Shown here one piece after another: positions 27,496 through 39,799 of a stretch of DNA of 64,000 nt. The notes below the pieces were generated by a model. The model was not told where the DNA came from and ran no database searches. It saw only the letters and a list, made by a program, of their open reading frames with translations. Where the stretch lies: contig MU053520.1 of NCBI GenBank assembly GCA_013239625.1, forward strand, positions 124,001-188,000, written 5' to 3'. A program made the translations under genes and the position numbers. Origin of the DNA: Lama guanicoe. Taxonomy: Eukaryota. How positions within the stretch are numbered: the stretch's first letter is position 1; each line of letters starts with the position of its first letter.

Positions 27496-30384
27496 TAGCA
27501 GGTGACTAAACAGTGGGACAAAAAAGGAAAGTATGCATATCTACACAGTAGGCAAGGCAGCTGGGATTCAAACTCTAGCAGTCTCATGCCGAATCCATTC
27601 CCTTAATCTCTTCACAGTAAGGCCTCTCATGACAGACCTGGAAACTGAGGTAGCTAGTGGCTAAGTCACAAATTATATATCCATACAATGGCAGAACCAG
27701 TATTCGAACCCAGGTCTGTCTCATTTCCTCCTACTTAACTTGAAAGAATTTTCATGATTCCTCAGCTAGCAAGTTTAGCTAAAAGTTACATTTCACTTAA
27801 TTTCAAATTTCCTATAAACGAGGATTGAAGAAATGCCAGCTTTGACACATGTATACAGGGTACTATGTTAATTTCTATGGATGAAAGATGGCAAAATTTT
27901 GCCAAGGATCTCTGTAGTCATGTAAGGCATTAGCATTATATTCTACATCAGTGTTTAACTGTCCCTGGTAAGCCGTACACCATATCATTCCCTATAATAC
28001 CAATTTAAACACAAATTTTATTTGTTGTGCTGATGCTAAAAGCCTTTTAGTGCCTTCAGTAGCTACCAGAATAACCATTACAATGATTCTAAATTATAAA
28101 TTCAGATGTTCTAAATTATAAAGTGTTTCTCAGGAGGCTAACACTTCACAAGTTTTAATTCATTGATTATCACTTACACAATGACTTAAGTCAGAACTTG
28201 TTTTCTGGTGCAAAACACTCAAAATCTATGACTTCATTCTAGGCCATGTGCCGGAAAAGTTTTACACACTATAAGGGTTAGGAAAAATAAGACACTGCAG
28301 AAGCCAAGCTAATTTCTCTATGTCAAAATTCTTCTCACAATGTTGTATAATACATTTCCCATGTTTAATACAATGAGTAATAATGAACTTCACTAAATCA
28401 GCAATAACATTCTTCCATGGAGGAATCTGATTATAAAACTTGTCATACATAAATTCTAACAAGATTAAACATTTTTGACAAAGTACCATAATATAGACCC
28501 TTAATAGCTTTTTGTGTAGCTCATCTAACATTTGAGCACCTTAGCTTACCCAGTGCAGTTTTTAAATGAATGTACTTGAAGCTATTTTTAAAATGAACAA
28601 GATGAACAAAAAATATGTTTACTTATTTTTTATATCATATCTTTCTTAAGTACCATTTTTATCCTATTTTAATTATTTAATATTAATAGCTAATACAAGT
28701 TATTTACATTAACTGTGTGTCTGACACTGTGTTAAGTAATATATATATAATATTTCATGTAATTTTCATAGCAATCTTTTATGTTAGAGAATATTATTAT
28801 CTAAGTTTTGAAGATGAACTAAAAAGCATTACAGTCACAGAATTTATATTTAGAGGAGCCAGGGCTTGTACTCAGTCCTATTTCCAGAGAACAGAACTTA
28901 ATTCACAACTGTTGGGTGGGCACTATATTCATCAATTCATTTATCTGTCCATTCAGCCATTTATTTATATACTCCATAATTACTTATCGAGTACTGAGTG
29001 TTAAAAACTGGTGGGAAGTAGAGAAATAAACCTGGTTTCTGCCTTAAACGAGAATACCAGCTGCAAAGGAGACACACGAAATGCTGCTCATTGTAGTGTA
29101 TATGAAGTGATGCTGCTCTGCTTATATATTAACAGCACTTATTTTAACAGTATGTTTTACATGATGTTCACTTCACACTATGTGCAGTAAGAGTGGGAAA
29201 CTACTCACCACATCCCTTTCTTGGGGACTTACAGTTCAGATCAGCCTGTTAGGGGCTCCCAAAAAAACAAAGCCATTCAGATTATTCCCTAACTTAGGGG
29301 TCCTGGAGACCCCTATGTTTTCTGTTAACTCTAGTATTTAGGGAATTTGTTTCTCATGGAAAAGTCACCAAAAAGCTCGGCTAGGAATAACTGTTGTTAT
29401 GTAATAGTTAACACTGTGTCTATTGCTAAGATATGGTTTGAAAACAAAATTCTTTATATCATTAGCTTAAAGAACACTATACACTTCCTAAGTTTTATAT
29501 TTATGATCTCTGAAGTTGCATAAGGAGCTGGAATATTTTAGTGGAAATAGTGTTACTTCGGCCAGTTTCTAGCCTATGAAACAGACCCACCTGTTGCCTG
29601 GAGTCCACATGTCATCCCTTCCCCTGCCCGCTTCCCCATCTGGCTGACCTTATTTCTAGGCCAGACGGAAGCAAAAAACAAAAATAAGAAGGGGTAAATA
29701 CACATAAGTGGAGGTTTTTGTTTTGTTTTGCTTTACTGATTCTGAGGTAATTTTTGTAAATATTTTGAAGGAAGTAATTTAGTCCTTATTACCTAAAACA
29801 TAATTAGATTATTTGTGAAATAATTGTGTCTTAACTTTTTCAGCTTTGACCAGTGGGTGACTCACTGTGTTTCACAGAGTTTTTTGTTTTTTGTTTTTTG
29901 TTTTTAAAGAATATAAGAATCAATACAAAAAATAAGGGATTATGAAATGAAAATACCATCTGGACAGAGAATGGCCCAGGAAGCTGATGTCCCCAGTAAA
30001 GCTTGGAATCTGATATTATAGAAAAGTTTTCAGTAGGAGTATAGTGATGCCAAAACTCAAAGTGTAAGGATTGGAGTCCATGCTTTTCAGAATTGAAGCA
30101 TCTAATATATACACATATTTACTAAACTATAGCTACATGCTAAATAATGTGGTAAACTTATATTTTCACTAACTAAAATCCTCCTCAAATCTTAATGCTG
30201 TAGTATAGAGTTCTCCCTTTACAGATGAGGAAAGTAACATTTTGTGGTATTGACAGATTAGGAAAGAATTTTTAAAAAACGAGTATTTACAGAGTATCTA
30301 GTATGTTTCAGTTTCTGTGCTGGGTGATTGGTTTACAGAAATAAAATAATAATATCCTTACCATCATGATTTTACATATCCTTG

Positions 30385-32980
30385 AGGGAGATGAGAAACA
30401 TGGCAGAGTTGTAGGACCATGAGCTCACCTCTCTTCATGGCTACAACAAAACCACAACTGACTGCTAAACAAACATCAAAAAAAAAAAAAAAGACTGGAA
30501 CCTAGTAAAAAAGATCTTCAACTGGAAACAGAAAGAGGGAACCACAGCAGAACAATAGGAGGGGCATGCTAATGATATAATTGAGCCCCATACCCTCAGG
30601 CTGTGTTACCCACAAGCTGAAGAATAATTAAGTCACAGAGGCCCTCCCACAGAAGTTAGAGGTCTAAGCCCCACATCAGGCTCCCCAGCCTGGAGATCTG
30701 GCATTGGGAGAAGAAGATCCCAGGACATCTGGTTTTGAAGGCCAATGGGGCTTAGCTCTAAAAGCCCCATGGGACTGGGGGAAACAGATTTCATTCTCTT
30801 GTGTGTGCCAGATCCAAGGGCAGAGGCAGTGATTTCATAGGAACCAGAGACAAACCGGCCTGATGGTTTTGGAATTTCTCCTGGGGATGTAGGAGACAGC
30901 TGCAGCTCACCTAGGGGACATAAAAGCTGGTGGTGGACATTTTGGGAGTATTCATCTACATAAGATTTCCTGGAGGCTGACATCTTGATTGAATCACTAG
31001 CACCAAGACTTAGCCCCACCCAACAGCCTGCATGGAAGCCTCAGGCCAAACAACATACTGAGTGGGAACACAGCCCTACCATTCAGCAGACTTCCCAAGC
31101 CACAAATGCCTCTAGATATGCCCCTACCTGCCAGAGATCCAGGACTAGGCTTCACTGAGTAATGGACAGGCACTGGCTTCTCCTACTAGGAAACCTGCAT
31201 AAACCTCCAGCCTCATGCATCAGGGAGCAAATACCAGAAATAAGAAAACAACAATCCCAAAGCCTGTGGAAGGAATCCACAAACACGGCCAGACTCTACA
31301 CTGGGATGAGCTGGACACTGGCCCTTGAGTGACAAGAGAGGAGTGAGTGTACTGTTGGGAGTATAAGATGTGTCCCACAGAGCATCACCTCTCCCAGGCT
31401 GAGAAATCTAACTAAACTACCTAAAAATACAAGTAGAAAAATAGACAATATGAGGCAGCAGAAGAATATCTCCCAGGCCCAGACATAAGATAAAATCCCA
31501 GAATAAGAAATACGTGCTGAGGAGATAGGCAATTTATCTGAGGAAAAGTTTAAATTTAGTAATGATGACAAAGATATTCAGAGAACTCAACAGGAGTATA
31601 GATGCACAGAGTGAAGTTTTTAGCAAAGAGTTGGAAAATATAAAGAATATCCAAACAGAGTTGAAGAATAAAACCACTAAAATGAATAACATACTGGAAG
31701 GAACTAAGAATAGACTAAATGAGGCAGAAGAATGGATTAATGAGCTAGGAGACAGATTAGTGGAAATCACTACTGCAGAAAAGAAAAAAAGAAAAAAGAA
31801 TGAAAAGGAATGAGGATAGTTTAAGAGAAACCTGGGACAACATGTAGTGCTCTAATATTCACATCATAAAGGTCCCAGAAAAAGATGAGAGAGAGAAAGG
31901 ACCTGAGAACATTTTTGGAGAGATAATAACTGAAAACTTCCCCAACTTGGGAAAGGAAACAGTCACCCAAGTCTAGGAAGCACAGAGTTCCACATAGGAT
32001 CAACCCAAAGAGGAACACACCAACGCACAAAGTAATCAAATTGACAACAATTAAGGATAAGGAGAAAATATTAAAATCAGCAAGAAAAAAGGCAACAAAT
32101 AGACTATAAAGGAACTCCCATAAGGTTATCTGCTGATTTTTCAGCAGAAACTCTGCAGGCCAGAAGGGAGTGGCACAGGATATTTAAAGTAATGAAAGGG
32201 AAAAAACTTACAACCAAGAATATTCTGCCCAGCAAGGCTCTCATTCAGATTTGATGGAGAAATCAAAAGCTTCACAGATAAACAAAAGCTAAAATAATTC
32301 AGCACCACCAAACTAGCTTTACAACAAATGTTAAAGGAACTTGTCTAGGCATCAAACCATAAGAAAAGAGAACAAAAAGAGAGAAAGTTTAAAAAAAAAA
32401 AAGACATACAAAAGATTGCTTTGGTAGTTCATGGTCTTTTGTGGTTCCATATAAATTTTGGAATTGTTTGTTTGAGTTCTGTGAAGAATGTTGTGAGTAT
32501 TTTGACAGGGATTGAACTGGATCTGTAGATTGCTTTGGGTAGTAAGGAATGGTAGTAAGGGATTTTGATAATGTTGATTTCTCCAGTGCAAGAGCACAAG
32601 TTATGTTCCATTTCTTTGTATCATCTTCAATTTCCTTCATCAATGTTTTGCAGAGAGTATAAGTAACTCCTTGGTTAAGTTTATTTCTAGGTGTGTTGTT
32701 CTTTTTGATGCAGTGGAAATGTTTATGCCAGTAAAAAAAATTCTGGTTTTTGAAGTAAAACAAAAATGTGAATGAACGGCTGCAAATGGCAAAATATCTT
32801 CTTTCTTATGAGTGAGCTTTATTCTATTACATATATATGCTACAGCTTCTTTATCCATTCCTCTATTGATGTACACATAGGATGATTCCATATCTTGGCA
32901 ATTATAAACAATGTTGCTATTAATAGTGGGATGTATGTATCTTTCTGAATTAATTTTTATTTTGTGGTTGGCTTTATTCC
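30385..32980 (+). mobile_element. L1 5'UTR + ORF1 (+), joined at ~32350 to ORF2/3' fragments in opposite orientation
   Basis: ORF1 coiled coil (KNRLNEAEEWINEL) and ADFSAETLQARREW; minus-strand PKAIYR..IPVKI..FFTEL from 32350. Confidence 0.9.
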
Positions 32981-34056
32981 TTTGATAACTATGTAAGTTT
33001 AAAAAGCTAAAGTTCTAAGCATTCTTAGAAACAATGAATAATACATATATGTAAAGTAAAAATATATGCAGTATACTAAGCATATGTATTTACATGTGAT
33101 ATATTGTATATGTGTAGTCAAACTATAACAATTCTACCTAATAAAACTGAAATATGAAAAAGATATCCTGGAGAAAGTGGACCTAATGAACATAATTTTA
33201 AACCAATATACTAGTGAGTGGTAAGTAGAGCACACTACAGAATATCAATGAAACTACTCCACTCTTGTTAAGGGAGGCCTTCACACAACCTCTTCAGTCT
33301 CAGTTGCTTCTTTTCATTAAAAAACTCTGACTGCTATCTATTTCTGCCTACCTAGTTACTCACAGAAGTAGAGCAACTTTCCTCTTTTTTTTATTTTGAA
33401 ATGTAATAAGAAGCCACAATTTATAATAAAATAATAAATATTCCAAAAGAAAAATACTTAGAAGGAATTATATGACATGTCAAAACTCTCACTTACATTT
33501 TCTGTAGATACTCAGCGAAAGGGTGTCTGTGTATGTGGAGATAACCTTAAAGAGAATTACGCTTTAATTTAGTTATTGAAAATGTAAGTAACAAGCCCAC
33601 ATTTGTTATTTTAAAAAAGGACCAAAGATATATCAGAAATGCTCCTTTATATGTTTGCTGTTGAAAAGTACTGAATCCACAACCTGGGAAGGACTTTCTA
33701 ATTATTTGTTTTTTGCCAATTTCAGAGCAGTCTTATTTTAGAGCTGTCTCCAGAATACAACTGAAGAGGGGTTTAGAAAGCATCCCTTGTTGTTGATGTG
33801 GTGAACGCCTGATTTTGCGACCTGATGGCTTCAAAAGCAGTTCTTGCTTAGGTGGAGTTTGTATTTCCTGCTGAACCACAGGTTTCCTTTGGAGCACCAC
33901 CCATTTTGGTCTTGAAAGTAGAAGAAACACTCAGAAGAATGTTCTCAATGAGCCTTGTACCAGGAACTTTCTCAAAGTTACTTTCTTGACATTCACTTTG
34001 CAAACTACAAAAAGTACATAAGCCCATAATTCCTTGAAATAAAATGTCGACTATTT

Positions 34057-36401
34057 CTTTTTAAAATTGAAGTATAGTTAGTTATAATGTGTCGATTTCT
34101 GGTGTACAGCATAACGGCCCAGTCAGGCATATATATAAATATATTTCTTTTCATATTCTTTTTAATTAAAGATTATTACAAGATATTGACTAGGTCCCTG
34201 TGCTACACAGAAGAAATCTTCTGTTTTGTAGATGAGTTAATTAGTGTCCTCGCTCTCTCTTTTTTCTTTTTTTCAGATTCCATATATAAGTAATATCATA
34301 CTGTATTTTTCTTTCTCTTTCTGGCTTACTTCATTTAAAATGGCAATCTCCAGGTCCATCCACGTTGCTGCAAATAGCATTATTTTATTCTTTTTTTATC
34401 ATTGAGTAGTATTCCATTGTATAAATATACCACAACTTCTTTATCCAGTCATCTGTCAATGGACATTTAGGCTGCTTCCATGTCTTGGCTATTGTAAGAG
34501 GTGCTGCTGTAAACACTAGGGTGCATGTATTTTTTCCAATTAAAGCTCCTTCTGAATATAGGCCCAAGAGTGGGATTACTGGGTCATATGGTAAATCTAT
34601 TCCTAGTCTTTTGAGGAATCTCCATACTGTTTTCCATAATGGCTACACCAAATTACATTCCCATGAGCATTGTAGAAGGGTTCTTTTCTCTCCATAATCT
34701 CTCTTGCATTTGTCATTTGTGGATTTTTGAATGATGGCCATTCTGACTGGTGTGAGGTGATACTTCATTGAAGTTTTGATTTGTACTTCTCTAGTGATGA
34801 GCGATATTGAACATTTTTTCATGAGCCTATTGGCCATTTGTATGTCTTCATTGAAGAATTGCTTGTATAGGTCTTCTGTCCATTTTTGGATTGTTTGTTT
34901 GTTTATTTGTGTTATTAAGTTGTATGAGCTGTTTATATATTTCAGGAATTTAATCTTTAATCAGTTGCATCATTTGCAAATATTTTCTCTCATTCTGTAG
35001 GTAGTTGTTTTGCTTTACTTATGGTTTCCTTTGCTATGCAAAGCTCATAAGTTTAATTAGGTCCTATTTGTTTATTTTTGCTTTTATTTCTATTGCCTAG
35101 GTAGACTGCCCTAGGAGAACATTGCTATGATTTATGTCAAAGAATATTTTGTCTGTTTCCTTATAGAAGGTTTATAGTGTCTTGTCTTATTTTAAGTCTT
35201 TAAGCTATTTTGAGTTTATTTTCATGTATGGTGTGACACAAGGATGGTTTAAATATGCAAATAAATCAATGTGATACACCACATCAATCAATATAAGAAT
35301 AAAAATCACATGATCATCTCAATAGATGCAGAAAAAGTGTTTGATAAAATTTAACTCCCATTTATGATTAAAACTCTTACCAAAGTGGGTATAGAGAAAA
35401 CATATCACAACAGACTAAAAGCTACTTATGATAAACCCACAGCCAGCATAATAATGGTGAAAAATGAAAAGTCTTCCCACTAATATTGGGAACAAGACAA
35501 GGATGCTCACTCTCAGCACGTCTATTCAGCACAATTTTAGAAGTCCTAGCCCCAACAGTCAGGCAAGAAAAAGAAATAAAAGGGATCCAAATTGGAAAAG
35601 AAGAGGTAAAATTGTCACTATATGAGGATGACATGATACTATATGTAGAAAACCCTAAAAGCACCACATAAAAACTACTAGAGCTGATAAAAGTATTTGG
35701 CAAGGTAGCAGGATAAGAGATTAACATACAGAAATTAGTTGAATTTCTTTACGCTAACAATGAAATAACAGGAAGAGAAAGTAAAGAAACAATCCCTTTT
35801 AAAATTGCATCCAAAACAATAAAATACTTAGGAGTAAATCTGATCAAGGAGGTGAAAGAATTCTACTTGAAGAACTACAAAACACTGACTGAGGAAATTA
35901 AAGAAGACTTAAAGAAATGGAAAGATATCCCATGCTCTTGGATTGGAAAAAGCAATATTGTTAAAATGGCCATTCTGCCCAAGGCAGTCTACAGATTTAA
36001 TGTGATCCCTATCAAATTACCTAGGGCATTTTTTCAGAACTGGAACAAAGTATCCTAAGATTTATATGGAATCGCAAAAAGACCCAGAATTGTCAAAGCA
36101 TTATTGAAGAAAAAAGAATGAAGCTGGAGGAATAACCCTCCCAGACTGCAGACAATTCTACAGAGCTACAGAAATCAAAACAGCATGGTATTGGCAGAAA
36201 AACAGACATATGGATCAATAGAACAGAATAGAGAGTCCAGAAATAAACCCACAGACCTAAGGTCAATTAATCTTTGACAAAGGAGGCAAGAACATACAAC
36301 GGAGAAAAGACAGTCTCTTCAGCAAGTGGCGTTGGGAAAACTGAATAGCAGCATGTAAACCAATGAAGTTAGAACACTCCTTCACATCATACACAAAAAC
36401 T
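34057..36401 (-). mobile_element. 5'-inverted (twin-primed) L1
   Basis: 3' part on minus 34057-35236, 5' part on plus 35237-36400; TSD TCGACTATTT (34047) / TCTACTATTT (36402). Confidence 0.9.
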
Positions 36402-36967
36402 TCTACTATTTTAAGCACCCGGAGGGCTTTGGTTTACCTGAAAAAACCATGGCTAACCTACATTTTAAGTGACACTTAATATATTCCTGGGCTTCATTAA
36501 TATCTGGGGGAAGCAAGGAAGACTTCAGAGAGCAAGTGATATGTGACTTGAGTCAGGAAATTTAAACTGGCAACAATCAAGTAGAAAAGTAAATCATGTA
36601 TGAGGTGGTGGAGATGGTGGTATTGTTGTAAGGCAGGGGAAGCAAGCTTTCTTGTGGCTTTTGTCAGGGCATTAATACCAATAATTAGGATTCCACTTCA
36701 TAACCCCATCTAATTCTAATTAATTCCAAAAGGCCTCACTTCCTAAACCATCATTTTGGGGAACTGGATTTCAGTATATAAATTTTGGGGGAGACACAAG
36801 CATTCAATCTATAGCATCTAACAGTAGTTTAGTGATTTCAAATAAAACACAGCTAAAAGAAACAATCACGAAACCATTGCAACTAGCCATCTTCAAGTGA
36901 TTTTCATAAACTTTGAGGCAGGTGGATCTACAATTATTAAAGCTTCACTTTAAAATAGTAAAAAAGA

Positions 36968-38415
36968 TCCATACACCTATGATCAATTAATCTTCAACAA
37001 AGGAGGCAAGGATATACAATGGAGAAGAGTATCTTTGGCAAGTGGTGTTGGGAAAACTGGACAGCCACATGTAAATCAATGACATTTGAGCACTTCTTCA
37101 CACCATACACAAAAATAAATTTAAAGTGGTTCAAAGACTTAAACATAAGACAAGACACTATAAGGCTCCTGGAAGAAAACATAGGCAAAACATTCTCTGA
37201 CATAAATCTTAGCAATGTTCTCCTATGGCAATCTACCCAGGAAACAGAAAAAAAGCAAAAATAAAAAAATAAGATCTAATTAAACTTATAAGCTTTTACA
37301 TAGCAAAGGAAATTATAAACAAAGGAAAATGTCAACATTTGGAATGGGAGAAAATATTTGCAAGCAATGCTACTGACAAGGACTTAATTTCCAGAATGTA
37401 CAAATGGCTCATGTAACTCAATAACAACAACAACAAAAAACAAACAGTCTGATACAAAAATGGGCAGAAGACTTAAACATACATTTCTCAAATGAAGACA
37501 TACAAATGGCCGAAAGGCATGTGACAAAGCATTCAGTATTGCTAATTATTACAGAAAGGCAAATCAAAACTATACTGAGATATCACCTCACACTGGTCAG
37601 AATGGCCTTCATTAAAAAGTCCACAAATGATAAATGTTAGAGAGAGTATGGAGGAAAGGTCCTACACTTTTGGTGGAAATGGAATTTGATGCAGCCATTA
37701 TGGAAAGCAGTATGGAGATTTCTAAAAAAACTAAAAATAGACTTACCCTATGATCCAGCTATCCCACTCCTGGGCATATATCTGGAGGAAACTCCAATTT
37801 GAAAAGATACATGCACCCAAATGCTTCTAGCAGCACTATTTACAATAGTCAAGGCATTGAAGCAAACTAAATGTCCATTGATAGATGATTAGATAAAGAA
37901 GTTGTGAGATCTGTCTATCTATCTATCTATCTATGTATCTGTCTGTTTATCCTACTCAGCCATAAAAATAAATAAAATAATGCCATTTTCAGCAACATGG
38001 ATGGACCTGGAAATTGTCATACTAAGTGAAGTAAGTCAGAAAGACAGAAAAACACTATATGAAGTCACTTATATGTGGGATCTTAAAAAAATGACACAAA
38101 TAAACTTATTTGCAAAGCAGAAACAGACTCACAGATACAGAAAACAAATATATGGTTACCAGGAGAAAAGAGGCTCTGGAGGGATAAATTGGGAGTTTGG
38201 GATTTTCAGATACTAACTACTATATATAAGATAGTTAAACAACAAGATCCACTGTATAGCACAGGGAACTATGTTCAATATCTTGTAAAAGCCTATAATG
38301 AAAAAGAATATGAAAAGGAACACTATATATATATATCTGAATCACTATGGTGTACACCAGAAATTAACACAGTGCTGTAAACCAACTATACTAGAATAAA
38401 TAATAAAATAATAGA
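36968..38415 (+). mobile_element. 5'-truncated L1
   Basis: ORF2 C-terminus (KWCWENW) and A-rich tail; TSD AAAATAGTAAAAA(A)GA at 36952 and 38416. Confidence 0.93.
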
Positions 38416-39209
38416 AAAATAGTAAAAAGAGAATAAGAAAAAAGTGTCCTTGTTTTGAAATGATCATGGCAATGCATTCATAGAATGTGGCCAAATTAGA
38501 TTTTGTTGGATTTACATGAGATATGCTCTCATGCAATGAATCAAAATATTGAGAAATGGCAATAATTAATAATAGTAATAGCTAACACTTATTTCATTTA
38601 GTCCTTGTATCATTGTGGATGCTTATGACCCATTTAGGTTAAAGAAATTTTGTCCCTTTGTTAGGAAAATAACAAACATAAAATTTTAGCACAACCATGT
38701 TTTAATGATAGTCATAAACATATTGCTATGTTTATATATAATAAACTACTTTTATATCTGTTAATTAATTTGCCATAGTACTAAATGTATTTAAATTAAT
38801 TTTCCTTAATCATAATAAAAGCAACATTCATGATTTATTTGTTACCTACTTATTGCCTGACATGTTTCCTCATTCTCTCTCACATACCACCCCTCTGCAC
38901 ACACACACAAACACACACTCTCATTCACAATGAGTTGATTGTCTTAATATTATAAACAAATAAGGAAACAAAATCTCAGAGATATTGGTCTAAATTTATA
39001 CTTTTAAATTTGCAGAAAACTGGTGGAATATAAAAGACAGTTACTTATTGTATTCCATAATCAATGTTAGAATGGGTGTTTAAATACTTACTTTCTCTTC
39101 TAAGCTTAAAGTCTAAGAAACCTTAAGTACTTCCCCATAAAACTAATTATTGGTAAATGGTTTAATCTATCCTCTTTGACCAGGCACCTCAGTCACAAAT
39201 TAAGGGGTT

Positions 39210-39507
39210 ATTTAATTGATTATCCATCTGTTTCTGGAAGTGGTTTGCAATAGCATCTCCAGTGATCTAAGACTTCCAAGATTTTTCACAATGTTTTATT
39301 CACCACGGGTAAGAATATGGATGACTGGGGGCATTGTTTCTGTCAGTACCTTGCCACATAAACCATTGATTTATTTTTGTTCCTCCAGCCAGCAAGCATT
39401 CTTAAGACAGGGAATTCTATAGGCAAGCTCTTCTGCTTCGTTAGTTTTCATGTAAATACTCCAGTGAGATCCTGCCAAAAGGAAACCAATCTTGATTCTC
39501 TTTCCAC
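39210..39507 (-). pseudogene. Last relic exon before the right inversion breakpoint
   Basis: tttttacag acceptor; GGKRIKIGFLLA..EELAYRIPCLKNAC..TTSRNRWII vs GGINELKVFVDLA..DVDRVACFHDAV..DSARNLEWL. Confidence 0.7.
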
Positions 39508-39799
39508 CTGTAAAAAGTTGGTACTATCAGAGGCAGGAATACTGACAAGCTGGAGAGTTACAGTCCGAAACCTGACTCACAGTCTACATTTGTGCTAGAG
39601 GCAAATAGTGAATGTTAAAATGGAATGGTAATTGTGTCCAGTGCATTTATCTCTCTCCTTAAAAAAAATAGGAACTTTACAAATGTTACACTCTAGTAAT
39701 ACATATTTTCAAGTACTTTCTCGTCTCATTAAAAGGCATATTCTTTCTCTAACTTCCAGCTCTTCCTTTCCCTTCCAGAAATTTTCTTCATCAGCTATT

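Larger units (their letters stand above)
2604..38575 (+). pseudogene. RNF213-like: RNF213-like pseudogene, block 2 (end of N-arm, linker, AAA1-AAA3 exons), inverted relative to blocks 1 and 3
   Basis: Plus-strand spliced segments continue the RNF213 order. Examples: GKVYGPLL vs HKVYSLL; RKLLEFLDTTKETLPMAYF vs GALLPFLDAQYQKVPVLFH; SYFPH|CYFSPPKGDL..REDTEGGD vs DIFPKVTCRPPKEVI..RSDTEPGMD; FQHLLFE vs LQHFLFH; PPILVLKVEET vs DTIKLVKVHGG. Confidence 0.8.
33726..38575 (+). pseudogene. AAA3-region relic exons split by L1s (33726-34056 + 36412-36468; 36853-36967 + 38431-38575)
   Basis: After removing the TSD-bounded L1s: ILVLKVEE..STRRALVYLK (TTEAISCIK), ATSHLQVI (EDSGLHII), PCFEMIMAMHS..NESKY (PLRQLVYRVHA..AEKLY). 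Confidence 0.65.

Noticed and set aside
34057..36401. Opposed L1 pieces as the inversion breakpoint
   Set aside because: A shared TSD and a continuous exon across them indicate one twin-primed insertion.
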